Part shown: one piece after another, positions 1-11,987 of the stretch
Layout of the letters: the number at the start of each line of letters is the position of its first letter
Numbering within the stretch: position 1 is the stretch's first letter
DNA from: Blepharisma stoltei ATCC 30299
Taxonomy: Eukaryota > Protista > Ciliophora
Direction: 5' to 3'
Assembly (NCBI GenBank): GCA_965603825.1
Contig: CBFDEM010000015.1
Location: forward strand, 248,001 to 312,000
Length of the DNA stretch: 64,000 bases
Program-made: the position numbers and the translations under genes
The notes under the pieces: model-generated
Database searches by the model: none
What the model saw: only the letters and a program-made list of their open reading frames with translations
What the model was told of the DNA's origin: nothing

Positions 1-2205
1 AGCTAAAGTTTCTTCTTGGCTTTTATAATAAACGTCAACAGAATAATCATGAATGATTTTGAAAACTTTTGATTTAACCCGCTTTACGCTCAAACTGATT
101 CTTGTAAAAATTATTTTTGCGATCAATCTTTTTTTATAATCTTGGTTAAATTCATTAATTCTTACAAAATCGGTATTCTTTTTCCATATCTTTATGGATT
201 GCTTAAAATAAGTTCTTTCATATAAAAGAATGCATTTTTTCAAAATTCTCCCAGTAGCTTTTTGGTCACTATCTTTTTCTTTTGCTGATATAGTAAGACT
301 TTTAAGCCCAAGATTTAAATTTCGAGTCCTTATTTTTGAAAGTAAACTAACCAATTTGTAGATGTGAAATTTATTTTCGTCAAATGAGCTAATACTTGAT
401 CATTTATCAAATGCTATATTGATTGCTTTTCTGTTCATGTCTTTAATTAGCTGCTTTAGGGTCAAAAAAGCTGTTTTTCTTTGCAGGCAAAAAATCTCTC
501 TTCCTTTTATTAAGGTAAAAGCCATTAATTTCTGTTTATAGCATAAAGTTGAAATTTCATGCCAAATTTCTCTAATTCCTTCTATTTTTCGTTGATCATA
601 GATTGAGTCATCCTTTCAGCTCAAATTAGAAAATCTTTTAATCAGTTGAAATGCATAAGCTTCACCTCCAATTCTATATTTATGATAGAATTTTCCAATT
701 GCCCCAGACATTAAGACTGCTGATAGGGTCTTTTCACACATTTTTTGTACACTTACAAATTCTTTTATTTTCAAAAAACTGCTTTTTATTATTGGGCTGA
801 TTATAAGAGATATTAATTTTGCTAGTTTTTCTTTTCTTTCGAATTCATTGCGATATTGAATTATTTTCACTATTGTTTTGTCATTGTTGCCTTTTGGATA
901 AAGCCTTTCTAAATCTTCATGCCCCTCGATATTGGTGAGATCTAAAGAACTTCTTAGACTTGATCGTAAAGAAAGATTTTTTTCCATTTTGTAGTCAATT
1001 GAGTCAAAAACCGAGCCGATCAGCTTAGTTGTGCACTCTGATCTCTTATAAGGAGAAAGTTCATCTATAAATGTAGCAATATTTTTATATCCTGGCTCTT
1101 CAGCTTCATATAAAAGCCCAGCTATATGTGAAGAAGTAGAGATCAGGCTCAGCCTTGTAGAGTACTCACTGTCAATACTATAAACCCTTCCTATCCAATA
1201 AGCAAGCTGACAGTCACACAAATCAGAGTTAGTTGAAAGCATGCTTTGGACTTTTTCTCTTCATTCATACATACAATTTGAATTTCTTGAATACCCATAC
1301 ACTACCTCTAGCGTGCTTGCTATAAAATTAATATCATTTCCATAATTGACAGGAAGCTTTACTAAGTCCATGCAATCGTCAAAAACATAAACTTCTCCAG
1401 AATCTGTAAGTGTTGCAATATAATTAGTCCCACAGCATACAAAAATCGTCGAATATTTCTCTAATTCTGGTAATGTATAAGGATAATTCCCGGCTCCTTT
1501 TTTTGGTGAAGGAGTTGAGAGTCTTCTTACTACTGATGATCGTCTTGAATTAGTGTAATTGTGAGCGCTTCCAATAATCCCGTATAAGTACACATAGCAT
1601 CCGTCTGTACATATGCAAGTAAAAGAAGGCCCACATATTACTTGTTTGGCTTTAAAAATTTTTGCGCTTTCAACGATCTGCGGTGGCTGATTGCTGATTG
1701 TAAAGCCAAGAGTCCCAAGCTCGCCTTGAGAACCAGTTCCCCACGTAAAAAGATGACCCATAGAGTCGATTACAGCAGCATGTGTTTTTCCTAAGGAACC
1801 TTGAACTATTTCAGAAAGTTGAGGAACTTTAATAGGGTTTTCCGATAAAAATAGACCAGGCTCCACAAAAAGTCCACTTTGATTGGAGTCTTCGCCTCAG
1901 ATGAAAACTTCTCCTTGAATATTTATCATCATCCCCATCATATCATTGCATGATATATTTTTTATGGTATTTTGGATGAAAATTTCTTTAAGGTGGCCTT
2001 TGTTTTCTTCTTTCGTGAATCTTTTTTCGTAAACTTTTCCATCTTCTACCAAGCAGATCCCTTTTTTAATTCCAACGGCACATGATTTGAGATGAAGATT
2101 GGAGGGGAAAAGATGCTTTGGTGGAGGTAGGTCTGATGCTATGCCAGCTGACTGTGGCAGTCAGAATGCTCCCTAGATAAGATTTACATATTTCTTGCTT
2201 GCCAT
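1..2205 (-). CDS. RCC1-repeat-containing protein (3' end runs off the window)
   Basis: ATG at 2205 and a 15-nt intron at 2173-2187. ORFs 1261-1866 and 616-1242 join in one frame through TGA=Trp. RCC1-type repeats GEVFI(W=TGA)G, HAAVIDSMGHLFTWGTGSQGELG and YIATLTDSGEVY. Frame stays open to base 1. Confidence 0.8.
2173..2187 (-). other. 15-nt spliceosomal intron GTAAATCTTATCTAG
   Basis: GT..AG, A at position 10, removes an in-frame TAG. Confidence 0.85.
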
Positions 2206-2647
2206 TCTTTACAGATATTAGATAATGATTTATTTTATTGAGGAATTTACATTGTTTTTTTAATAAATTGAGTTAGGAAAAGAAATAGCAAATTTGACAT
2301 AATTATGCATTAAGATAAATTTAGCTATATTTTCAATTTAGTGAAATCTTATTATTTCTGAGGAAATTTTATAAGAGTTTTCTTTCGTAATTATGTATTA
2401 AATTATTCTATTACTAGATAATTTTTAATTTTCGTAGCATTAGACTCCTAAATGAAAAATTAATAGATCAGAATTTTTCTGCTCAATAAGAAGATGATTA
2501 AACTGAACTAATTATTATAACAGTTACATTATTTTCTTTAGGTGCTTTAATATCATTTGGTGCAAAATCAGCCAGAAAGGAAAAAATCCAAATCAGGATT
2601 TCTATCATTTATCAAATTTTCTTATTAAATAACGCATAATGTAATAA

Positions 2648-2851
2648 ATGGGTGCTTGCTGCTCTGCTTTCTGCAAAGGCATTGCAATATGCTGCAAATA
2701 TACTTATAACGGAGTAGTTTATTGCAAAAATAAAGTCAAGGATTGCTGCTCTCTGTGGTGGTATCCATTGAAAGAAAGATGCTGTGCTTGCTGTGATTGC
2801 TGTGATAAATATATGAATCCCTATAAAGATGAATCATATTCCACTATATAA
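2648..2851 (+). CDS. Small cysteine-rich protein (67 aa, 14 Cys) with MGACC N-terminal acylation motif
   Basis: Clean ATG..TAA ORF, GC richer than its flanks, repeated CC pairs, taaATG start context as in neighbouring genes. Confidence 0.7.
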   Translation: MGACCSAFCKGIAICCKYTYNGVVYCKNKVKDCCSLWWYPLKERCCACCDCCDKYMNPYKDESYSTI

Positions 2852-3085
2852 CACTTGGAGTCTCCAATAAATTAGGAGAATTATGTAACTCTGGTAATTA
2901 ATAAAAACTTTCGACTAAACACAAAAAATGTTTCGCTTTATTTTAAAGATAAAATAACAACCTAGTATAGGACAACCCCATATCTTAATTTTTTCTTCCT
3001 AAATCCTTATTTTTAATTAATTTAATTATTTATTAAATTTAAATAAATAGTATCTCTTTCATCGTTTAATTTTTAAAATCATCAA

Positions 3086-5035
3086 ATGGCCGACGTATCT
3101 AAGAGTCTTAGTGAAAAAGAAAATCCTATATTTCTAGAAAGCCAAATAGACAGAATAAATGCTGCTTTAGAAGAAGCTTTAAATGAGATTGAAAACCGTT
3201 CCCCAATACGAGTTGAGAATTCTGATATCATGAAATCAATAGGTTCTATCCTAACAGCAGAAGAAGTAGAATATGACAGTCTCCGGCTAGAAGAGCAACT
3301 CCAAGTATATGACTCCTTCTATATCCAAGACGATTTTGAACAAAAACTTGAAGACTTGCTAATTCAGCTTGACCGCTACCAGATGATAATTGAGGATTTT
3401 AGCGCTTTTGAAATGAGAATATCCGAAAATCCAAAACATTTAAGAGTTTCATGCACAAATATAGACGTCTTTAATAATATCAGGATTTTTAATCGCATCC
3501 TTGACAATAAGTCGGATCAGTCTGTGGAAATTCCTTTTGGAGACGTTGTGTTGAATTTAGACATTCAATATGAAGTCCTCTCGTATCAGGATATTGCGAA
3601 AGAAAGATCAGAGGAGTATAGGACCAAAGAATATTTGGAAGGCTATATAAGAGAATTGGAGAATGAAATCGACGAGTTGAAAGACGCTCAAATTTTGTGT
3701 GAAAATTTTCATGGCGGGATGAATAAAAATTCCTTGGAAAAATCAAAGAAGTCATATGAAAAAAGCTGAAGGGAAAATTCTATTAGTATAGATAGGATAA
3801 GAGAAGAAATTACCTCAGAAATTGAAATGAAATATGCATTAAACAAAGACCCACAATCAGAATTGGCACAAGAGTATTTAAATTCACAACAAGAAGAACT
3901 AGGTGAATTAAAAGCCCACTATCTGATGAGAATTAGGGAATTAAATGAACAAAAATCAATGCTAGTGAAAAGGGAAAATGAGCTTAAATCAGCTAAATCC
4001 TCATATGAAAGAGAAAAGCAGATATGAAGAGATCAAATGAGGATTCAGGAGCAAGAAACTTACAAATTAAAGAGGCACTTAGAAATGTTTTTTAAAAATT
4101 ATGGATATCAAGATTTAAGTGTAAGCTCTCAACAATTATTATCAAAAGAAGTTGATTTTGATTTTTCTATTGATGATAGTTTTGTGTCAAGCTCTACAAA
4201 GACCCGAACACCTTCATATAGATTTAAACAAGTTATAGGGCTTCAGGGACGTCTTGAAGAGCTTGAATCAAAAATAAAAGAATATTCAGAAACCACTGGG
4301 GATCCTGATAAAATTGAATTGAAAATTGATAACGTTAAAAATAAAATATCAAATTTAAGAGGAGAAAAAGCCATTTATGAATCAAAGAAGCAGGTAAGAT
4401 CACTAGCTCATATGGTCAGAGCTATGGAAAAAGAATCTGACAATAAAGAGAAAAAAAGAAAAGATTTAATTCAGCAAATATACAAAAAATACGGCATTGC
4501 TTCGAAAATTATGATGAGCCAGTATAGCAGAACAAGAAAACTTGAAACTCCTAGGGCACAAGCGTTTTTATTTCCAATTCAAGAGAATTCGCCTGAGAGA
4601 TGCTCAACAACTGAGAGCCCTGAGCAGCTTTCAACTAATTATTCAGATATTCTGATGCCTCAAGACCCAAATTTATTATCCTTAGATAAAAATTCGGACT
4701 ATCTTGATCAGAAAGAAAATCAATTTACAGATGATGATAGATATTTCCAAGAACTCCTCAATAAAATTCCTGACTCTAAAGATTATTTTGAAATATTAAA
4801 AGATGAAAAAATAGAATTAGAAAGAGAAAAAGAGAGAATAAGCAGCGAAAGGGAGCATATCAAGCAAATTAAAGAAAAGCTTGAAGAAGGGAATGAAAAG
4901 CTTAATAAAATAAAATCAGAACAGATGAAAGAAAGAAAATTAATAGCTAAAGAGAAAAAAGAACTTAACCGTTTACATAAAATTGTGTACTCTATACTGC
5001 AAAATTTACAAATGGTCCCATTGCACACAGTTTAA
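3086..5035 (+). CDS. Coiled-coil protein of unknown function (~649 aa)
   Basis: Three same-frame ORFs joined across TGA codons at 3767 and 4025. E/K/Q-rich heptads. Ends in TAA. Confidence 0.8.
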
Positions 5036-5071
5036 ATAATATATTAATATTTTATACAATTCTTAAAAAAA

Positions 5072-5434
5072 ATGGGATGCCAATGCTCTAAATATGATAA
5101 GCATGCAGAAGCCAGAATTGACTTTATTGAACCCTTTACTGAAGTTGTAAAAAACCAAGCAAAAGAATATCCTGTTTTAGTATATTCCCGATCATTATGT
5201 GAGCAATCTATGGTAACAAAGTCTTTACTTAGGAAGAATTCCGTAAATTTTGAATATTTTGAATTGGATCATATGAATGACAATAGCCAGATTTATGATG
5301 CTTTACAAAATATGACGTCAAGGAAATCCACTCCTTACATTTTCATTGGCGGGACTTATTTTGGAGGCTTAAGAGAACTTCAAAAAAACATTGACAATGG
5401 GGATTTCAAAGAAAGGCTCCGGCATGTCTATTAA
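5072..5434 (+). CDS. Glutaredoxin-like protein with atypical CEQS site and MGCQC N-terminus
   Basis: PVLVYSRSLCEQS...STPYIFIGGTYFGG matches the Grx fold motifs (CxxS, TVP-like, GG). Confidence 0.85.
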   Translation: MGCQCSKYDKHAEARIDFIEPFTEVVKNQAKEYPVLVYSRSLCEQSMVTKSLLRKNSVNFEYFELDHMNDNSQIYDALQNMTSRKSTPYIFIGGTYFGGLRELQKNIDNGDFKERLRHVY

Positions 5435-5703
5435 GTCTATACATAATAATTTATTTCACAGTTTAAACTATAATTTTAAGTAGGCATATTTGCATAGCTT
5501 TGAATTTGAATATTTTTCTAAAAACGAGTATATACTGATCTTAATTTATCTTGAACCGTTAAATCTAGCGAAAGCTATAAATTTTATAAATCATTATACT
5601 ATATTTTAATTTACCTATTGAGTTCAACATACCTGAAAATTGATTTGCTATACTTTATTAATTATTTAATTTTTTATAGATAGCAATTTAATGAATCTTT
5701 ACA

Positions 5704-7066
5704 TTAATCTTCATTATAGTCAAGCATGATTTTTAGTAATCTAATGGCTTTTCGTATCTCATTTTCGTCTATTTCTTTTCTAAATAAGCCTTACTCTGTT
5801 TTTTGTTTTTTAATCATAGCCTTGACCTGCTTTGTAATTTTTAGCATACTTTCCAGAGTAATTTCTTTTTCATTTTTAGGAATTTCTGTAATTTTAACAA
5901 CTGGTGCAATCGGAGGCCCAATTCTCGTTGTCACCAAATCATATAGCATTTTTAATGAAGAAGTAAAAATATTGGATCCTTGATGTGGAGTATAGCTGAC
6001 TTTATTATCAGGCTTCTCTCTAAGATATCTCATAGCAATTTGTAGTATTCCTTTAATATCTTCAATAGGAACTGGATTCATTAATTCTTGCAATAAATCA
6101 GAATCCCTTTTGCTCAGCACTAAATATCATTTACAGCATTCTCTATCTGAGGAAAGCATAGCTGCACATATATAATTAAGCAACTCAAAATCCCTACTTT
6201 TCAAGTCATGGCACGCAAAAATCGTGTCCCAAACAATAAGAGTTTGGTTCAGTGAAAATTCTCGACTCAGCATGCATCTCAGTCATCTTACCAAAAACAG
6301 CTGAGGCTCATATTTATATTTCAATATATGATGATATAGCTCTGGATCAGTTGCCTGCAAAACTCTGTGAAATACGTAGTGGCATCTTCTGATCATTTCT
6401 GATAAATCATTCTCTGATGATCTATCGACAGTTGCGATTTCATCTAGCGCATTATCCCTGAGTTTTGGCCTTGAGAGTTTTTGTATAAACATATTAGCAA
6501 TGCCTGTATCCATTAATTTAGAAAATATTGTATAACAGTCTGCTTCGATGTTTTCATGGCTAATTAAATTATCTGGGGTTTCTTCATCGGAAAGGCCTGC
6601 ATATAATATAACAGCCATTAGCTCATTGAAGCCTTGGTTATATCCTAAGGTGTGGGTCATGCTTCAAACGAATAAAGTGTTTTCTAGGTATGCTTTGTTT
6701 CTTTCTTGCTGGAAAAATTGGTATTTTTGGAAAGTCCTATCCACATCAATTCTGATAATTCTTCGGATTTCTTGGTTCTTAAAATGAGTATACCAGGGGC
6801 TCTGTCTAGTTAGAGATTACTTGGGCATTATTTGAAAGAGGGTTATCAAGTATTATGTCTTGGCCTAAAATTTTCTTTGGAATCAATTCAGCCTTTTTTC
6901 TATTATAATCCAGCCTGTGCTTATGAGTTATCAGCACCCAGTTGTCAACAGACCCATAAAATATGCCGAGCATAACTTGCCATGCTATAAAGCGGTGTCT
7001 TAAATGACCACTTAAGGCCATTCTTCTAACTTCCTCTATTGACGCACTTGAATACCAGGATTCCAT
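5704..7066 (-). CDS. TBC-domain Rab GTPase-activating protein (TBC1D5-like)
   Basis: IRIDVDRTF and YNQGFNEL catalytic-finger motifs, plus PQLFLVR(W)LRCMLSREF. Joined via TGA=Trp and 15-nt introns at 6806-6820, 6120-6134 and 5780-5794. TAA at 5704. Confidence 0.88.
5780..5794 (-). other. 15-nt intron GTAAGGCTTATTTAG
   Basis: GT..AG, A at position 10. Removal extends the TBC protein by ~25 aa. Confidence 0.75.
6120..6134 (-). other. 15-nt intron GTAAATGATATTTAG
   Basis: Matches the consensus (GTAA, A10, TAG) but has no in-frame stop if retained, so support is motif only. Confidence 0.65.
6806..6820 (-). other. 15-nt intron GTAATCTCTAACTAG
   Basis: GT..AG, A at position 10, removes an in-frame TAG. 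Confidence 0.85.
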
Positions 7067-7118
7067 TTATAAATACGCAAGCAATTAAGGAAATCAATGA
7101 ATCATAAATTAATTGCAA

Positions 7119-7817
7119 ATGAAATTAGCATTTATATTAGCTTTCGCATTTGCATTTGCACAGGATAAGAGAAGGGTTCCTCAAGAAGAATCAGTTGAAA
7201 TCAATGCAGAAGATGAGAGATCTCAGCTAATGAAAGAATGGGACGAACATATGGTAGGCTTCGTCCCATCAGATATGGTCACTTTTGAGCTTCCAGCGAG
7301 AGGAGAAGAGATTTTCTTTGAAACAATTGACGTAATTCCTTCAAAAATTAGAGGTGCGTGGTTCATTACAAGCAAGGAATCCCGCGATATTGAATTTTCC
7401 ATCATGAATCCAAACATGAAGGTGATTTTCGAAAAAAAGAAAAAATCTGAGGCACTTTTTTATTTTGATGCAGAGCAGGTAGGGATATACACATTTAAAT
7501 TCAAAAACACAAAAGTTATTCAGAAACATGTAGTGACTTTTGCATTAAATTGTGGAAATTCTACTGATGAGGTGCTGAAAACTGAGCATTTAACTCCACT
7601 AGAAAAGCAGCTGGTGGATATACAGAAAGAGATCAAAGATTTCCAAGTCGACAATCAGTTTGCTCAGTTGAGACAAGAGTCACATTATAGAACTATGGCT
7701 GATTCTAATAGAAATGTGTTCATTTTTAGCATTTTAGAAAGTTTGGGAGTCATTGCAGTAAGTGCTTGGCAAGCTTATTATATCAAAAAGCTTTTAGATA
7801 ATAGAAGAATTCTTTAG
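7119..7817 (+). CDS. p24/emp24/GOLD family cargo receptor (TMED)
   Basis: Signal peptide MKLAFILAFAFAFA, GOLD domain (GIYTFKFKN), coiled coil, C-terminal TM ending WQAYYIKKLLDNRRIL. Confidence 0.92.
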   Translation: MKLAFILAFAFAFAQDKRRVPQEESVEINAEDERSQLMKEWDEHMVGFVPSDMVTFELPARGEEIFFETIDVIPSKIRGAWFITSKESRDIEFSIMNPNMKVIFEKKKKSEALFYFDAEQVGIYTFKFKNTKVIQKHVVTFALNCGNSTDEVLKTEHLTPLEKQLVDIQKEIKDFQVDNQFAQLRQESHYRTMADSNRNVFIFSILESLGVIAVSAWQAYYIKKLLDNRRIL

Positions 7818-7936
7818 AGGTAAATATCAGATTAAATAAATCAGCTTAATTATTAAAATACATGAGGAATTAATAAACTCATTCGAATATAAAAAAATTA
7901 TTTATATTAAAAAAGGCTTAAGTTCAGTTATATAAG

Positions 7937-9271
7937 TTAGTTATTATCTACTGCTGTTTTCTTCATCCTCCTTCTTCTTAAGCTGTTTCTTGCGCTTATT
8001 TCTGGGTCTTCAAAATCAAAATGTCTATACACAAGTTTTTCCACACAATCATCCCCACCATATAAAGAGCCATTTTCATGCATGCTAATCACATCCAAAG
8101 CCAAATCAGTGAGCCCAGTAACTTTAGCAGCCAGCGCTACTGCGTCATTTAGATTTAAAGTGATATCTACCACGTCCTCTTCATAATCCCAGTTAGCAAT
8201 TGAAAGAGCCATCATAATTCTTCCTGCATCACAGATCTTGATATGCTCAGTTGAATTGTATTGAGTAAATGGCTCAATTAAGAGGCTTTGGAAATCAATA
8301 GGTTCGCTTTGAAAAATTAAATCAAATTTATCTGGATTTTTGCTAATTGCCGCAATTGTAAGAGTTGGTCTGTAAAAAACGCAGCAGTCAATACCTTTTT
8401 TGTACTTTAAATGTGAATATCCTAGGGATACAAAATAGTTTGAGGAACCGAACCTTACATAAGGTGAGCCGCCCCTTAAGCCGGCAGGTAAACTATATGG
8501 CTCTCCAGATACTCTGTTGCATAGCTCTTTTCGGCTATTAGTGCAATCCAATATTTGAAAATTTTTATGATTATACACAAAATAAAGATGTTCATCATCT
8601 ACTATCAAAGGAGTCCAATTCTTCTCTGCATAAGCTGTTCCCCAAGTGTGCTCAACAATTTCTAAAGGCCAGGTTTCGCCCGTTTCAAACCGATAAAGAA
8701 ACATTTTCCTCCTAAGGTCAACATCGATCATGTTATAAATAACATAGATTTCTTTGCCAAACCTAAAAATCCTCGGGTCTTCTGGTCCAGAGCACTCTAC
8801 ATTATAATCATAAACCTCAATAGGAAGTATCCCAGGAACTTGTGTAGCACCCACCATATCCTCTGTTATTACTTCTCTTCAGTCAGAATCAAAGAAACTT
8901 GTGTATAAATAGCTTTTTGTTAGATTTAGAAATAGTCGAACTACAACAAGGTACATCTTTTTTTCTGGGAGCCATATAGCTGCAGGGAACATCAAGTTGA
9001 GGCCATTAGCTGATTGCAAGCTACAAGATTCTTCTTCTGATAAATGTAATCTCAGCATGCTATAAATGAATTCTGTATCTGTGAATATTTTGTGAGCAGC
9101 AATGCCTCCTATGAATGGAGGCCAAGATAGTCTAGAGTTCTGCATCACATAGACCCGCTTATTGATGTCAAATACAGGGCATCCTTTAAAAGACACAGGC
9201 TTATGGTCGCCTAATGTGCATTTTATAAGTAGTAGAATTGCAATTAGACCTAATGATAGCTTGAAATTCAT
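7937..9271 (-). CDS. GT91 (beta-1,2-mannosyltransferase)/GH130-like beta-propeller enzyme, paralogue 1 (444 aa)
   Basis: Hydrophobic N-terminus. Motifs AAIWL..YLVVVR..SYLY.SFFDSD(W=TGA 8879)REV..PGILPI..GPEDPRIF..EKNWTP..GLRGGSPY..YRP. Confidence 0.75.
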
Positions 9272-9995
9272 CTATAATTATTTATTAATTAGACATAGTA
9301 ATTGCCATTATTGGGTTATCTCGACATTGAAAATAAAGTGAAACTATTTGAAATTCATTTTACTATCCATTTTAGATTTATTTATCCTACCAAGCCTCAA
9401 TTCTTTGAATTAAAACGTTTAAAACTAAGTACTTAAATCATTAAATTCCATATTAGCCTTATCATGTGCGATTATTTATTAAAACTGGATTTTTAAAAAA
9501 ATTGTTACTGAAAAATTAGACTGATTCAAATTTTCAGTATTTATGATTACTGGTTAAATACAATATCAAGCATTCGGAATGCTAATCGAAATATATTCTA
9601 GATCACTCAGGCTACTATAAAGACTTTTCTTTATTTTCGGATTCGTTTAAATTAGAATTTTCCCTTTTAACTAAGAATTAAAAGGATAAACATGCAGCTA
9701 TATAGTATTGCTTGTTTTTAGGCTTTTCAAGTATTAAAATAATTATTACAAAGCATCTTCTGTCCTAAGAGGCTTTAAAAGGCAGGAATATTTTTTCAAT
9801 ATTTTTGTAACCACTAACTAATATTTAAACCTGATTCTAAAAAGCAAGGCCATTTTAAAATAGTTGAAGCAAAGATAAAATTGTATCAGCTATTAGTTTT
9901 TCATAATCATTTATTTAAATCACATGAAATAGAAACAATAGCGCTGATATACTATAAAGTTAAAACGAATATGCATAGCAAAAATTTTAAAATAT

Positions 9996-11378
9996 TTAGA
10001 ATTGAAGATTTTGAAATACCACCTTTGTTAGATCCAGATCTGTTTTATCATTTTTTACTCCTGCCATTCTTTTCTTCCTTGGGCTAAACTTCGTACCCTC
10101 TATATCTTCAAGTTCAAAGTGTTTCCAAGCAAGTCTTTCAGCGCAATTGGTTTCTTCAAGAAATGCACGATTCTCATGCATTTTGATAACATCATTGATT
10201 AGACTTGTGAGTCCAGAAATCTGAATAGCTAGAGGAATTGTGTCATTTAGGTTGATCGTGATATCTACTATATCTTTATCATAGTCTCACTTAGCTATTG
10301 ACACCACCATCATAATTCGTCTATCTTCGCAGATCTCAGCCTGGCTTCCTTCAGTATAGTTCATAATTGGCTGAATAAATAATTTCTCTTGAAATTCAAT
10401 TGGCTCGCTTTGATAAATCAGCCTAAATGACAGTGGATTTTCTTCAATGAAAACAATCGTAATTGCTGGTCTATACACAACACAAAACTCCTCATCCTTT
10501 CTGTAATCAATATGTGTGTATCCATATGAAATAAAGTAATTTGTTTTCTGAAATCTCACATAAGGTGATCCACCTCTCAATCCAGAAGGAACAGTATTAA
10601 ACTCTCCAGAGCTTTTTATACAGTAATTATTTCTATCAGTGCAATCTAAAATTTGAAAATTCTTATAGTTGTACACGAAATACATACTTTTATCATCAAT
10701 AATTAAAGGGGTCCAGTTTTTCTCTGCATAGCGGTGTCAGAAGAGATGGTCAATAATTCTTAGAGCCCAAGATTCACCTGTTGAGAAATTATAAAGAAAC
10801 ATTTTTCTCTTTAGATCTATATCAATCATGTTAAAAATAATGTAGATTTCGTTTGAAAATCAAAATATGCGAGGGTCTTCAGGTCCTGAGTTTTCTATGC
10901 TGTAATCATATACATCAATTGGGATGATTCCAGGAACTTGAGTCATTCCAATCAGTTCTTCTGTTATTACTTCGTTTCAGTTAGAGTCAAATAAACTTGT
11001 GTATAAAAAACTCTTAAGAAATGCCTTTCTAGAATAGCTCAGCCTGACAACTGTAAGAAACATGCTTTTCTCAGAAAGTCAGATTGCTGCTGGAAACATC
11101 ATCATGATATTCGCTGATGACTGTAGCTCACAGAATTCTTCTTCAGATATATGCAGCCTTAACAAATTGAAAATAAATTGTGTGTCTGTAAAAAGATTAA
11201 AGGCTGATAGGTTTTTTTGCAATGAGAAACCTGAAATAGAAGATTTTTCGATAATAGATATTCGATTTTTGAGATCAAAAGTAGGGCATCCATTGTATGG
11301 TATAGGCTTTTTAACTCCCAGAGCAAAGTTGATGAGTAGTAGAATTGATGCTAGACCTCATAAAAATGTGTAATGCAT
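9996..11378 (-). CDS. GT91/GH130-like enzyme, paralogue 2 (460 aa)
   Basis: ATG at 11378 (MHYTFLWGLASILLLINFALG). Single frame through several TGA codons. GPEDPRIF, EKNWTP and GLRGGSPY conserved. Colinear with 7937-9271. Confidence 0.75.
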
Positions 11379-11987
11379 ACTTAGCTAAATAAAGGTAAAA
11401 TGGATAAAATTATTTCATCATTTTGCATAATCTAATCTAATAGCAAAATTTTATTAATTTTCAGCTTTTAAGTTTTTGTATTTTCTTCAAGTGAATGTAA
11501 ATGATCAATTATTAAAAACTTCAATTTTTAAACAGAGTTAAGCAAGCTATATCAGCTTTTTTAGGAATAGAAAAGAGAGCTATATAAAAATTGTTTCCTT
11601 ATGAGTTTAATCTTCCCATATATATTAAGGCTTTCAAAAAAAAAACTCAGATCATCTCAGTTTTCAATTCAATTTCAAACTTTCAAAATTAAGAGGATTA
11701 TAAAACTGAAGGAGTTTAGGTCTTTATTAAAACTGCTTTTGTCCCTGTAATTACAGTACTTTTGGTTGAATTTTTTACAAAAAGCATCCTTATTATCCAT
11801 TCGGTTATATAAGTCATGCTCAATCCTTACAGCAAGTTTAATGCATATATAGGTTGCCTAAAAGCTTAAATTTGAAAAGATGAAAACTTAAAATAGTTCT
11901 AAAGAACTTGGCATAAGCCTCATACTTTTTAAAATTGCCCAAGAATATAATAAATCATTATAAAATAATTATTAATTATAATCTACT

